NCBI GenBank assembly: GCA_963793305.1
Contig: CAWBZV010000003.1
Location: 768,001-832,000, forward strand
Length of the DNA: 64,000 bases
Direction: 5' to 3'
DNA from: an uncultured Gemmatimonadales bacterium
Lineage (GTDB): Bacteria > Gemmatimonadota > Gemmatimonadetes > Gemmatimonadales > Gemmatimonadaceae
Shown piece after piece: positions 1-10,733 of this stretch. The notes under the pieces are model-generated. The model had not been told where the DNA came from. It worked only from the letters and a program-made list of their open reading frames with translations, and searched no databases. How positions within the stretch are numbered: position 1 is the stretch's first letter; every line of letters begins with the position of its first letter. A program made the position numbers and the translations under genes.

Positions 1-327
1 GTCCCATCCATGCGCGGGGCGCCCCTCCCTGCCGAGGCGCCAACATGGGGTCAGATCGCCTGGCTGCGAGCAAAATCGCTTCATCGGGAATCTGGTATTT
101 GGCGAGTGTGCGATTCGAGTGTTAGCGGCGGCGCGAGATTGCACGAAATCGGCGGCGATAATTGCACACTTTCGTCCATTGCGTGGCAGAAATCGTGCTG
201 GTTGGGCCATGACGCGTTTGAGCAACGTGCCCGAACGTGCACAAATTGTGATATGTAGCATTGGTCCATCTGGCGCGATCGCCCCGCTGACTCTGTATTG
301 CTTCGATCTATCAGGGTCGAGGCCTCA

Positions 328-1368
328 GTGTACGGGTGGGACCGACTCGTGCTGCTCAAACACTTGCTGGAAGAAGGCGTGCCGAAGACGGTCATCGCGG
401 ACCGGCTCGGCGTCAGTCGTCGGGTGATCTACCACTGGATCGAGAGCGGCCAACTCGATCGCGATCTCGCGGAGCCGCCGCCGCCGCGCCGACGCGTGGT
501 GTACGCGAGGAAGCTCGATGCCTATAAGGCCATCGTGGATACGCGCCTCGCGACGTTCCCGGAGCTGAGCGCGGTGCGGTTGTTCGAGGAGTGTCGCGCC
601 GCCGGGTACACCGGCAGTCTGACCCAGCTCAAGGTCTACGTGCGCGGCGTCCGACCACGACCCGTCGAAGAGCCGGTGATCCGGTTCGAGACCGCCCCGG
701 GCGTTCAAGTCCAGGTGGACTTCGCCGATGTGCGCTTCCCCTGGGGGAAGCGCTACGCGTTCCTGGCGGTGCTGGGCTACTCGCGGTTGTTGTATCTCGA
801 GTTCGTGGAGCGCCAGACGATGGACGCGGTCGTGCGAGGTCTGGAAGCCGCGTTCACCTACTTCGGGGGCGTGCCGCAGGAGGTGTTGTTCGACCAGATG
901 CGGGCCGTGGTCGTGAGCGATGCCCGTCCTCGGGGCGGCCGGCTGCTGGAGAACCCGGAGTTCCTCCGCGTCGCGGCACACTGGAGCTTCCGCATCCGCG
1001 CCTGTCGGCCGTATCGCGCTCAGACGAAGGGCAAGATCGAGCGGCCGGTGAGCTATCTCCGGCGGAACTTCCTCTACGGCCGCACGTTCCTCGGCGACGC
1101 GGATCTGGCGTCGCAGGCGCGGGCCTGGCTGGGTGGCACGGCCAACGCTCGCGTGCACGGCACGACGCACGAAGTGCCACGACTGCGCTTCGAGCGCGAT
1201 GAACGGCCCGCGCTGGGTCCGCTGGCGGTGCGGCCGTACGAACTGCTCGTCCTGCCCACGGCGCGCCGGCCGGCGAGTTCGCGCAGCGCGCCGGCCGTTC
1301 CGCGGATCGCCGTCGAGCGACGGCCGCTCGTGGCGTACACGCGGCTGGCGAGCGGGGGGCAGCGATGA
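328..1368 (+). CDS. istA: IS21 transposase IstA
   Basis: N-terminal HTH, RFETAPG.QVQVDF, YSR, LFDQM, PYRAQTKGKIER, ANARVHGTT motifs; GTG start chosen at 328. Confidence 0.95.
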   Translation: MYGWDRLVLLKHLLEEGVPKTVIADRLGVSRRVIYHWIESGQLDRDLAEPPPPRRRVVYARKLDAYKAIVDTRLATFPELSAVRLFEECRAAGYTGSLTQLKVYVRGVRPRPVEEPVIRFETAPGVQVQVDFADVRFPWGKRYAFLAVLGYSRLLYLEFVERQTMDAVVRGLEAAFTYFGGVPQEVLFDQMRAVVVSDARPRGGRLLENPEFLRVAAHWSFRIRACRPYRAQTKGKIERPVSYLRRNFLYGRTFLGDADLASQARAWLGGTANARVHGTTHEVPRLRFERDERPALGPLAVRPYELLVLPTARRPASSRSAPAVPRIAVERRPLVAYTRLASGGQR

Positions 1369-2210
1369 CGCCCACTACTCCGCCCACCCTTCGCGATCGG
1401 ATCCGCGCCCAACTCGCCGACCTCAAGATGCCGGGGAGCCTCGAGGCGCTTGACGATATCCTCCGCCAGGCCGATAGCGGTGCGCTCGTCGCCGGCCCGG
1501 CGATCGAGCAGGTCCTGGGCGCCCACATCGCGCTGCGTAACGCGCGCCGGTTGGAGACCGCGCGCCGCGCCTCGCGCTTGCCGGCGATCAAGACGCTGGC
1601 CGACTTCGACTTCAGCTTCCAGCCGAGCGTGCGGCGCGAGCAGATCGCGAGCCTCCACACCCTGGGCTTCATCGAGCGCAAGGAGAACGTCGTGTTCTTA
1701 GGCCCGCCGGGCGTCGGGAAGACGCACCTCGCGCTCAGTCTCGCGGTCGCCGCCGTCACGGGTGGGCGGCGGGTCTACTACACCACGCTCGCCGAGCTCG
1801 TCGTCTCACTCGAAGAAGCCCAGGCGCAGGGCCGGCTCTCGCATCGCCTGCGGACGCTCGTCTTCCCGAGCCTCATGCTGGTCGACGAGATCGGCTATCT
1901 GCCGCTCAGTCGCACCGGGGCCATGCTCTTCTTCCAGCTCATGTCGCGGCGCTATGAAGTCGCGAGCACCATCCTGACGAGCAACAAGGGCTTCGAAGAC
2001 TGGGGCGACATCTTCGGCGACGACGTGATGGCGGCCGCGCTCATCGATCGGCTCGTGCACCACTGCCACATCGTCAACATCCGCGGCAACAGCTACCGCA
2101 TGAAGCACCACGCCGAGCTCTACGCGGCGTTGCACCCCCATGAACATGAACGAGAACAAGATCGACCCCCCAAACCCAAGGCGTCACGCCGGGAGGTTGC
2201 GGCGCGCTAG
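1365..2210 (+). CDS. istB: IS21 helper ATPase IstB
   Basis: GPPGVGKT, LVDEIGY, TSN, DRLVHH, GNSYR; ATGA overlap with istA stop. Confidence 0.96.
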   Translation: MTPTTPPTLRDRIRAQLADLKMPGSLEALDDILRQADSGALVAGPAIEQVLGAHIALRNARRLETARRASRLPAIKTLADFDFSFQPSVRREQIASLHTLGFIERKENVVFLGPPGVGKTHLALSLAVAAVTGGRRVYYTTLAELVVSLEEAQAQGRLSHRLRTLVFPSLMLVDEIGYLPLSRTGAMLFFQLMSRRYEVASTILTSNKGFEDWGDIFGDDVMAAALIDRLVHHCHIVNIRGNSYRMKHHAELYAALHPHEHEREQDRPPKPKASRREVAAR

Positions 2211-2376
2211 CGGCTCGCCCCCTGTGCAATCTGAGGCCGCCGAAAGTGTGCAATTATCTCCGCCGTTGACACCGCGACAATCATCACCTACGCGTGGATA
2301 ACTGCAATTTCCAAGCAAGGCATCAATCGACGGCCGCCGTCATTGCACAGCCAATTAAGTTGAGCCGCACCGGTGA

Positions 2377-3593
2377 CTATTTTGGCACTTTCCCGGCAAA
2401 TGGCGGTTCGCACACTGTCCGAAGTGCGTTCGCCATTTGGGTCAACGTTTGCACGGGCGCAAAATACCTTACAATTCTTCGATCGATCACAAACCCCTGC
2501 TGTTGCTCGACCGCCAAAGCTTCACGCACCGCACTGACGAGATAGTCCCGAATCGTCGACTCGGCGACCGACCGCCCTAAGCGTTCCTTTCCATCACGCG
2601 GTTTGGTGTTGCGCCCGAGCAAAAGGGTTACGCATGTGTTGGTCAGGCTCCTAAGGCTGTAGTACAGCGTCTGGACTAGGAGTGACTCAGAATCTAATTC
2701 AGATATTGGTATGACTGAATCCAGGTCTACAAATCCGCCATCGAGAACGGCATTTTGGGGGTTGCAGCAGTCACCTGTGCCGCGCGAGCCGAGCGCCCCT
2801 GGGATATACCCCAGCGCGAGGAGTCGGCTGAAGGCTTTGGCCCAAAGCGGCACCGACAGTTGTGGTGGCGGCCATATGCTTGCAAATGCCTTTTCGCGTT
2901 CCGCGAAAGTTGCACTACCGTCAAACGAGCGATCGAAATGGGCTACTCGAAGGGGCAAGCTTCGGTAATAGTACACATAGACAGCGAGACCCCCTGCAAT
3001 TTGACTGTATACTCGGTCCCAAGCACGCGATGACAGATATGACCGTAGTTGTATCGCAAAGCGCTCGACCAACGATCGTGGGAGTGGGTATATGAATAGT
3101 GGAACCGGGTGAGGGCCAGTTCTCCGTACACCATCCAATGCCGCCCTTGGACTTCAAGGGCGACTTTCGCTTCGCGCTCTGCTTCGTAGAGCGTCAGAGC
3201 GCCTGGCACTTTGTTTTCGTATAGGCAAAAATGCTCAGACGAAGTCTCTTGCGTACTTGTGGCATGGAAGGACCCATGTGCCAAATGTGACAGCCATCCA
3301 TCGATATCGTCGCTCAATTCTTCCGCTCCCTTGATCGCAATAACGCCTTTACCAGAACTCGTTCGACGGAAGTAGAGCGATACGCATATAATGCGGCAAC
3401 CTGAGGAAATGATGGCTCGTTCCAGACTTGCCGCGGAGGGCGAGTACGGAAATCCACTTCGCAGGCTTGCGGCTGTTTTCGGTAACCAAGAGATCCTTTC
3501 CGTTTCTGCTATAGCTGGCCAGTACTGCTCACTTGTGGCCAAATCGCAGCACGGCGAGCCTCTCTCTCCAGCCGCAACCTTCGGTTTGTGCAA
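2377..3593 (-). pseudogene. Frameshifted kinase-fold protein, SelO/MchC-like (tentative)
   Basis: ORFs 2943-3593 and 2377-3138 join near 3120 to give IAIKGAE...VPGALTLYEAERE...GYIPG..NPQNAVLDGGFVDLDS; lower GC; start uncertain. Confidence 0.45.
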
Positions 3594-3952
3594 TCGCTAG
3601 CACGTCCATCGGCTCGTCTCGGATTTAGCAAGAATACATCTCTCTTTGTACAGGTTCGTCGAAGGTTGCTCTCAACTGATCGTGCCGACACCCCCGATGT
3701 CGCGGAATATTATGTGGTTCTGTAAAGTAAGGCTGCCCGAGCCTGCGATCGTGTCGCCCGCTACCCTAGGCTCTAGGTCAGTGGGACCGTCTTCTCACGA
3801 TCTGCCCCGGCCTCAGAACTCGTTCGGCAAGTGCTACTGCGTCTCCTCACTGGTCTGACATTGCATCCAATCGAAGCTTAGTCATCTTGGTTTGTACACG
3901 GCGACCTTGCGTGGCTCAACGTGTGTTCTATTTGGGTCGGGGACAATATCTT

Positions 3953-5839
3953 CTATTTATATCCGGCAGCCTGCATCATGAACAGTTCCCGGTAGAGGCC
4001 GGCGCGACTGACGAGATCATGGTGGACCCGTGGTCTCGCGATGGCGCCCCCTCCCCGAAGGACAATGATTCGGTCTGCCATTCGCACTGTGGAGAAGCGG
4101 TGCGAGATTGACACCGCCGTCCGGGCACTCGTTACGGTTCAGAAGAACCGGTTCGAACACTTCATATTCAGCGCGAGCATCGAGTGCCGCAGTCGGCTCG
4201 TCGCACACGAGCACTTGCGCGTTTCGCATGTACGCTCGGGCGAGCGCGACTTTTTGCCACTCGCCACCGGATAGGTCGACGCCACCTTCGAATCGACGGC
4301 CAAGGACCTGACGATAGCCTGCCGGAGTCGCCAGGTAGCACTGACGCGGCGAGCGAGCGCTCCGCGGCGTTGGCGATTGCGGGCGAAGACGGAGTGCTCG
4401 ATCGCGACAGCATTGTCATTGGCGATGTGCTTGCGCTACCGTGATCTCCCAACCGCAATGTTCTCATCGAATCGAAAGTCGTAACGAACGAAATCCTGAA
4501 AAATGACGCCGATAGCATTGCGAAGTGAGTGAATGTCGTATTCTCGAAGGTCAATCCCATCCAAGAGCACTCGGCCTTCGGTCGGATCGTAAAGCCGAGT
4601 AAGGAGTTTCGTCAACGTCGTCTTGCCGGCTCCGTTCTCGCCGACAAGGGCGACCCGTTCTCCTGAACGAAGCTCGAGGTTAACGCCTCTGACTGCCCAA
4701 CGATCGCTATTGTGGTAGCGAAATCCGACATTCTCGAATACGAACCCGTGTTGGATCGCCTTCGGGACAAGCAAGCCTTGTTGGCGAATGCTTATGGCAG
4801 GCCGAATCTCGAAGTACAGGAACAGGTCTCGCAGGTAGAGTGTCTGGTCGTAGATCTCTCGGAATGTCTGCAGGATGCTCTGGATGTAGCTACGGCTACC
4901 GGAGAACGAAGAGGCGAGGAAGGTCAGTGTGCCGATCGTGATGCGTCCGCGTGCAGCGTCGGCGAGGATCAGAATGTACGCGATGTAGTAGCCTAGCGTG
5001 CCAAGGATCGGCAGGGCTCCGCTGACCCAGGCGCGCTGGATCGCCAGAGTTTTGTTCTCCTCGTAGAAAGTCTGAGACATCGTGCGGAACCGTTCGACCA
5101 ACCACGGGGCGAGCCCGAAGGTCTGTACCTCCTTCGCTGTCTTGTCGCACGCCCCGACATAGCGCAGGTACTCAAGCATGCGCCGACCCTCGGTGCGGCC
5201 GAAGAACAATGAGTACGCTCGGCGAGAATAGTGCGTCTCACCAATGAAGCTCGGGAAGATCGCAAGGACCAGGAGTCCCAGCAGCCACGGGTTGAAGGCG
5301 ACGATCGCGCCGCTCAAGCTGAGCAACGTCAGTGAGTACTGGCAGACGCTCAGGAGCTGACCGAGCAGAGTGAGCCGTGCCGTCGAATTCTGCCGCGCAC
5401 GTTCGAGCAAGTCATAGAATTCCGAATTCTCGAACTGCTCGAGATCGAGCGTCGCGGCGTGCTCCATGATCCGGACACTGACATGATTCGTGAACAGGTC
5501 GCCAAGCAGGCTCTCGACCAACGTCGATGCCCGGGATATCGCCTGGTCCGTCACGACGATCGCGATCTCGATCGCGACGAGCGTCCACAGGTGCCGCCAG
5601 TCGGGACCGTGCTGGCGCGCTTTGACGACAGCATCGATGATGAGCTTCGCCACCCACATCGTCGCCAGCGGCGTTGCCGCCCGGACGATGCGGAGCACCA
5701 TCATCGCGAGCGTCAGTTGCCAGTTCGTCTCCCAAATCAGCGCGATGAACTTTGGAACGTACCTGAGCGCGGAGATCCGGTCGCGAAGCTTGGGCGGCTG
5801 TTTGGCAGCCGTGCCGTTACTGCCGTTCGTCGTCGCCAC
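3953..5839 (-). CDS. ABC exporter, fused permease + ATPase, with about 3 frameshifts in the 3' part
   Basis: TM domain and GENGAGKT in ORF 4436-5839; other frames continue with LSGGEWQKVALARA, VCDEPT, SHRFSTVRMAD...QAAGYK* ending at 3953. Confidence 0.88.
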
Positions 5840-5848
5840 GTGTCGTGC

Positions 5849-6040
5849 TCAGGGGTGTGCCGCGAGCAATGTCGGCGTAGCGGTCGTCACTGGCGTGGTG
5901 GAGTGGGCCACCGCCTTGTGCGCGTGGTGACGCGTCGAGCGAAATACGGAGCACAACGGCTCGAACGCCAGCGCTGCCGTGAGTCCAGCAGCGATCAAAC
6001 CCGCACTTGCGAGCACGACAATCCGATGACGCAGTGACAT
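5849..6040 (-). CDS. Small secreted/membrane peptide (63 aa)
   Basis: GGAG RBS; basic + hydrophobic N-terminus; His/Thr-rich tail; stops 9 nt before the ABC start. Confidence 0.55.
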   Translation of the reverse strand: MSLRHRIVVLASAGLIAAGLTAALAFEPLCSVFRSTRHHAHKAVAHSTTPVTTATPTLLAAHP

Positions 6041-6202
6041 GCGATGATCTCCTGCCTGTCACCGCAACGTAAGGTTCGCTGCTCGCGCTCGATACGAACC
6101 ACTAGGCGAATCCCGGCCACACCCACGACAAACGCACGCCCGCATGGAGCGCGCGTCGTAGCGTCGTGGTCTACTGAGCGAGCACGTCGAGCGCGATCGC
6201 TC

Positions 6203-7039
6203 TCAGTACTCGTCCCACTGCCGCGGCCGATTCGGATCGTCGTCATCCCACCCCAGCACGTCATGCGGCAGCGGCGGCAGCTTGAGCCGCTCCTCATTCG
6301 CCGCCCACGCCTTGCGGATGATCTTCTGCAGCGTCTCATACGCCGAGACCATCTTCCACCCCTCCCGCGTCGGCACAATGAGCGGATCCTCATCCCGATG
6401 CGTCATCTTCGCCCGTAGCGTCCGGAACGTCGTCCGATACTCGGGATGCACCGAGCTCCAGTCGGCCTGGAAGTACGCCTCGAGCAGCGTGTCGTGCGGG
6501 ATGCTCTTGCCGGCGAGCATGAAGAGGTGGAAGAAGACGTTGAGCTCCTTGTCGGTGAGCCGCGTCGTGCGACCGTGGCGCGTGACGTTGCGCGTGTGGA
6601 GGTTGACGGTGATGCCTTGGCTCTTGATGATCGGCACACCGGGCGGCTCAGGCTTCGGCGCCTTCCGCATGAAGTTGAGCATCTGCTCGAGCAGTTGCTC
6701 GGAGTCGAACGGCTTCTGGATGCACTTGAGATCCAGCTCCACCTGATCGACCGCGATCATCTCGATCGGGTAGCCCGTCATGAGAATCGTCGGCACCGTC
6801 GAGCCGTACTTCCGCGTCAAGCGAAAGAGATCGAGGCCCTTGATGTCGGGCAGGAAGACATCGAGGAGGAAGAACGATGGCGGCGGGATCGTGAGCGTGT
6901 AGCGAAGGGCGCGCGGGGCATCGGGTGCGGCGCGCACCTCGAACCCGGCGTCGCGCATGGTGCGCGCGGCCATCGCGAGGACGGCGCGGTCGTCCTCACA
7001 GATCACGACGGTCCGGCCGGCGAGCTCCGAAGTGGTCAT
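6203..7039 (-). CDS. OmpR-like response regulator (receiver + winged helix)
   Basis: CEDD, LLDVFLPD, MTGY, KPF; LTDKELNVF...IVPTREGWKM. Confidence 0.85.
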   Translation of the reverse strand: MTTSELAGRTVVICEDDRAVLAMAARTMRDAGFEVRAAPDAPRALRYTLTIPPPSFFLLDVFLPDIKGLDLFRLTRKYGSTVPTILMTGYPIEMIAVDQVELDLKCIQKPFDSEQLLEQMLNFMRKAPKPEPPGVPIIKSQGITVNLHTRNVTRHGRTTRLTDKELNVFFHLFMLAGKSIPHDTLLEAYFQADWSSVHPEYRTTFRTLRAKMTHRDEDPLIVPTREGWKMVSAYETLQKIIRKAWAANEERLKLPPLPHDVLGWDDDDPNRPRQWDEY

Positions 7040-7406
7040 TTCTCGCTATCCAAGAAGAAGAATGGCGCGAGTAAGGAACTACAGACAAATGAATCACTTC
7101 GCAAGTGGGCAACGGACTCAGCCGTAGCAACATTTACTAGCGCGGTGTGACGATAACGGCTATATGACCTCTACGTCGATACGTAATCGTCACGCTTCAT
7201 GCGTCTCTCTTCTTCAGGGAGGCGAAATGTGCCGGAAATACGTCGCCGACGACGCATTGCTGTGTATGGATCGCATGACGTACGGCGGCGGGAGGGCCAG
7301 TGGGTCGTCCCCGCCGAGCGAAACAGGTACGGGCTCTGCAATTAGAGGCCATCTGACCAGACGGTGTCGCGACTCGGTCAGACCACAAATCCGATTCCGC
7401 GCGACA

Positions 7407-7432
7407 GACGTATAACCATGCAGCGTATAGTG
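7407..7432 (+). promoter_or_regulatory. Possible C-box-like double operator
   Basis: GACG-TAT-AACC atgc AGCG-TAT-AGTG; TATA at 7411 and 7426 (15-bp period), upstream of a C-protein-like HTH. Confidence 0.35.
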
Positions 7433-7473
7433 TGTAGCCGCATAGGGTACGCATGCGGCAACATCCACCTAGT

Positions 7474-7746
7474 ATGACACCACAGGCATCGCGGCAGCCT
7501 ATGCAGCAAGCTGTGGATCGGCCAGAGGCTCCGGCCCGCATTACGTTCGCCACGAACGTCCGGCGAGCGAGAATGCAACTCGGTATCTCCCAGGAGAAAC
7601 TCGCCGAGCTCTCTGGGCTCCACCGGACGTTCGTTTCCTCCGTCGAGAGAGGCGAACGCAATATCTCGGTCGACAATATGGAACGCGTGGCTTCCGCACT
7701 TCGCGTGAAGCTCGCGATCCTGCTCACGCCGCCACTCGGCGACTGA
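7474..7746 (+). CDS. XRE HTH regulator, controller (C) protein-like
   Basis: SQEKLAELSGLHRTFVSSVERGERNISVDN; start could be 7453, 7474 or 7501. Confidence 0.88.
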   Translation: MTPQASRQPMQQAVDRPEAPARITFATNVRRARMQLGISQEKLAELSGLHRTFVSSVERGERNISVDNMERVASALRVKLAILLTPPLGD

Positions 7747-7812
7747 GCAAGCGACCCCTGGGAGATCGGCCGGCCGGCACACCGTAAAATGTGCCGGCTG
7801 GCCGGTGGGCCA

Positions 7813-8088
7813 TCAGTCGCCGCGGCTGCGACGATGCGAGTGGCCTTTCGTCGGCAACGGATCCAGTTCCTGCAACGCGGCGCCGAACTCGCGCCAGTTG
7901 ATCCCGAGACCCACCAGCAGCTGGCGGATCTTCCGAAATCCCACGTTGCGCTCGGCCCGTTCGACCGCGCCCACGAACCCGCGGTCCAAACGGGCTTCGT
8001 ACGCGAACCCCTCCTGCGTGTAGCCGGCCGAGCGGCGATACGTGCGAATTACCTCGGCCAATGGCTGCAACTCTTCATGTCGTTCCAC
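7813..8088 (-). CDS. XRE HTH regulator
   Basis: 3' part of ORF 7813-9123 from GTG 8088: TQEGFAYEARLDRGFVGAVERAERNVG; paralog of 53455-53697. Confidence 0.82.
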   Translation of the reverse strand: MERHEELQPLAEVIRTYRRSAGYTQEGFAYEARLDRGFVGAVERAERNVGFRKIRQLLVGLGINWREFGAALQELDPLPTKGHSHRRSRGD

Positions 8089-8116
8089 AGCGGAAGCATA
8101 TCTATGCGACCATGCA

Positions 8117-8182
8117 CCGATACAAGGGTGAGAATACATCCTCGTACACTGCGATGATGTGTATTCGCATACGGTGTATCGG
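8117..8182. promoter_or_regulatory. Nested inverted repeats (operator or hairpin)
   Basis: ccgataca 8117-8124 / tgtatcgg 8175-8182 enclose gaataca 8132-8138 / tgtattc 8160-8166. Confidence 0.45.
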
Positions 8183-8216
8183 CAACCGGTGAGTATGACT
8201 CTGTTAGTGATCGCAC

Positions 8217-9344
8217 TCAGTACGGGTGCTCGAATACCAAGTCCCGCGACACCATCACCAGAAACAACGTCCCGCCGCGCACCGTGATCACCGGTGTCAT
8301 ACGCGCGTCGTTGCGCAACACCTCGAGACTCTGCTCCGTCACCTGCTGACCGAGCGAGCCCGCGAGTACCTGGCCCGGGGAAGCCACGCCGTACGGGACA
8401 CTCGATGGCGGCTGACTCAGTTGCGCGCCGGCGCCGACCAACGACAGCAAGCCCGCGTCGAGATACGCGCGACCCAGGTGCGAGTTCACCGCGCCCCGTA
8501 GTCCCGACGTGCCACCCGCGTCCGCGGACTCGAGGTCCGGCAACGAGAGCGTGCGGCCGCTTGGGAATATCAGGCGCGTCCACACTACCGACAGCGCATC
8601 TTCTCCTTGCGCGACCTTCGAGTCGTAGTGGCCGACTATGCGCGAGCCACGGGGGATCAATACCCAGCGCAGCGACGGCGTGTCGTACACATCGCGCGTG
8701 ACCTGGGCGATAACGAGGCCCGGAAGCGTCGAGTGGATCTCGGTCAGCAATGACGCTGGGATCATCGCGCCGGACTCCAGCACGTAAGGCGATGGCGCTA
8801 CGACCGCGGTCGTGTCCCTGTGCACCACGAGCGCGCTCGTCCACGCGCGAGGAGGCGCGGCTGGTGCCATCAGCGCGACGCGCGCTGGTGGGGTAGGCGA
8901 AGGTAATGGTGAAATCGGCGGCGCGAGAGAGTCTTGCGGACACGACGGCTGCTGCGGATACGACAGCTGCGGCGGATACGACGTGCGCTGCGGATATGAC
9001 GTGCGCTGCGGATATGACGTGCGCTGCGGATATGACGTGCGCTGCGGATACGACGTGCGCTGCGGATACGACGCACGCTGCGGATACGACGCGCGCTGCG
9101 GATATGACGGACGCTGCGGACACGACGGACGCTGCGGATACGACGGGGGCTGCGGATACGACGGACGCTGCGGGACTACGCGTGGCGCGACCGAGGTGGG
9201 CTCGGGCGATGGAGCACGCGCGTGCAATGTCGTCGACCAGAGTACGACCAGCACCGTCACGAATATCAGCACGCCGACCACCACCAGCGCAACGTGGTTG
9301 AGCCGCATCGGACTCGGCGGCCGCGGTCGAAAACTCGTCGACAT
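8217..9344 (-). CDS. trbI: T4SS TrbI/VirB10
   Basis: TM helix, Pro-rich linker, GAMIPASLLTEIHSTLPG, DVYD, LIPRGSRIVG, WTRLIFP, DAGGTSG. Confidence 0.92.
   Translation of the reverse strand: MSTSFRPRPPSPMRLNHVALVVVGVLIFVTVLVVLWSTTLHARAPSPEPTSVAPRVVPQRPSYPQPPSYPQRPSCPQRPSYPQRASYPQRASYPQRTSYPQRTSYPQRTSYPQRTSYPQRTSYPPQLSYPQQPSCPQDSLAPPISPLPSPTPPARVALMAPAAPPRAWTSALVVHRDTTAVVAPSPYVLESGAMIPASLLTEIHSTLPGLVIAQVTRDVYDTPSLRWVLIPRGSRIVGHYDSKVAQGEDALSVVWTRLIFPSGRTLSLPDLESADAGGTSGLRGAVNSHLGRAYLDAGLLSLVGAGAQLSQPPSSVPYGVASPGQVLAGSLGQQVTEQSLEVLRNDARMTPVITVRGGTLFLVMVSRDLVFEHPY
8940..9173 (-). repeat. 18-bp coding tandem repeat, about 13 units (PQR[PAT]SY)
   Basis: tgcggatacgacgtgcgc-type units in the TrbI linker. 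Confidence 0.92.
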
Positions 9345-9353
9345 CGCGTTGCG

Positions 9354-10085
9354 TTACTTGGGGACGAATAACCGCGTGTTGACGATCTCGATCTGACGAC
9401 CCTTGTCGCGCAAGATCGCGCGCGAGAATAGCCGGTCCGTGATGTACGTGTCGTTCGAGACCAAGTACGTCAGCAGCGACGTCGACTTGTCGTCCAACTC
9501 GAGCAGCAAGATCGGTAGGTCCGCGTGACGCGCTGAATCCGACAACCGCACATACGCGTGCGTGCCGTCGTCATACACAGCGACCGGCGACCACGCGACG
9601 TGGCGGTCGGACCGCCAGCGATACGTGAACGACAACGACTCCGGGTGGAACGCGTCCACGGGAATGGCCGCGAGGAGTGAAGCACCCGAATACGAGAAAC
9701 GCACGCGGCGCGTGTACCGCACCGGCCGCCGACCGCACACCGGCGACTCGAGCGCGACATCGTACACCCGGCGATCCGTCGACACCACCAAGTTGGTTGC
9801 GATATCGCAACCCGTCGGCTTGATGATCACCACCGGCGTGCGCCCGACCGTCAGCGTCTGGTCCACGAGCCAACGCTCCGTGTCGCCGAGCGCCGTCGCC
9901 AACACCCGTTCACCCGCTTCGAGCTCGATCACGCAGGCGCGAAGCGGTGCGCACGTGACCACCGGCTGCGAGTGCCCGTACGGATACACGATCGCGTCAC
10001 CTGTTTCGACTACAGACGTATCCGCCTGCTGCGCCAACAACCGCCCCACAATCATTAGATGTGCAACCAGCGGCGACATCCGCAT
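9354..10085 (-). CDS. trbG: T4SS TrbG/VirB9
   Basis: Signal peptide, CAPLRACVIELEAGE, GDTERW, IKP, TNLVVSTDRRVY, VYDDGTHAY. Confidence 0.88.
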   Translation of the reverse strand: MRMSPLVAHLMIVGRLLAQQADTSVVETGDAIVYPYGHSQPVVTCAPLRACVIELEAGERVLATALGDTERWLVDQTLTVGRTPVVIIKPTGCDIATNLVVSTDRRVYDVALESPVCGRRPVRYTRRVRFSYSGASLLAAIPVDAFHPESLSFTYRWRSDRHVAWSPVAVYDDGTHAYVRLSDSARHADLPILLLELDDKSTSLLTYLVSNDTYITDRLFSRAILRDKGRQIEIVNTRLFVPK

Positions 10086-10733
10086 CAGGCCGGCGCCCCC
10101 ACCCGCGTCCACGTGATCGACGTGATGTACACACCCAACGGATTCCGCTCGATCGACTCCGTCGTCTCCGGCGGTGAAAGCCGAACACCCACATACGCTT
10201 CCCACGAATGCACCTCCGGCGTCCTCGCCGTCCACCGGATACTCCGTCTCCACCCACTGAACGCGCCACCCCGGCCCCGATGGCAACACCGCCGTCACCT
10301 CGGCCGTCCTCGTCATCAACCGCCCCAACGCATGCGGGTTGTTCCGCGGATCCGTGAAGTACGCGTTCAAGAACGCCGCCCCTCCCTGATCCACAAACCC
10401 ATACGCCCGCGCCATCACCTCGCCCTCGGCCACATCCGACGGCACAATCGTCCGCACCTCGCGCACGAACTCGGCGATCTGCGATACCACGAGCCGCGTG
10501 TCCGTGTGCCGCAACGGCTCGACCGGCCCCAACGCCCGCGCGAGACCGAGCTTGTCGACCTCCACGACGTACGGCGTCACCCGCGCCGTCAACGACAGCC
10601 GCACAAACCCGAGCGTCTCCGTCAATAAAACGGCGAGCAGTCCGAACGCGACCAGCTGCCAGTTGCGCTTCCCCCGAGCCAAGTTCGCGTACACTCCCTC
10701 GAACTCGGCCCGCGCCGCGAGCCATGTACTCAT
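10085..10733 (-). CDS. trbF: T4SS TrbF/VirB8, one frameshift near 10225
   Basis: KRNWQLVAF, PYVVEVDKLG, WRVQWVE; alternate frame ends ERNPLGVYITSITWTR..*. Confidence 0.85.

Larger units (their letters stand above)
120..2271 (+). mobile_element. IS21 family insertion sequence
   Basis: istA+istB bounded by TG...CA ends. Left end tgttagcggcggcgcgagattgcac..gataattgcacactttcg (120-174) matches the reverse complement of the right end (tgtcaacggcggagataattgcacactttcgg), with IS21-type internal repeats. No target-site duplication seen. Confidence 0.93.

Noticed and set aside
3847..3885. RiPP-like leader MTKLRLDAMSDQ* on the minus strand
   Set aside because: Only 12 codons, no core peptide and no clear RBS.
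8812..9396. Plus-strand repeat proteins (AADMTC / CGYDVR)
   Set aside because: Antisense shadows of the TrbI repeat.
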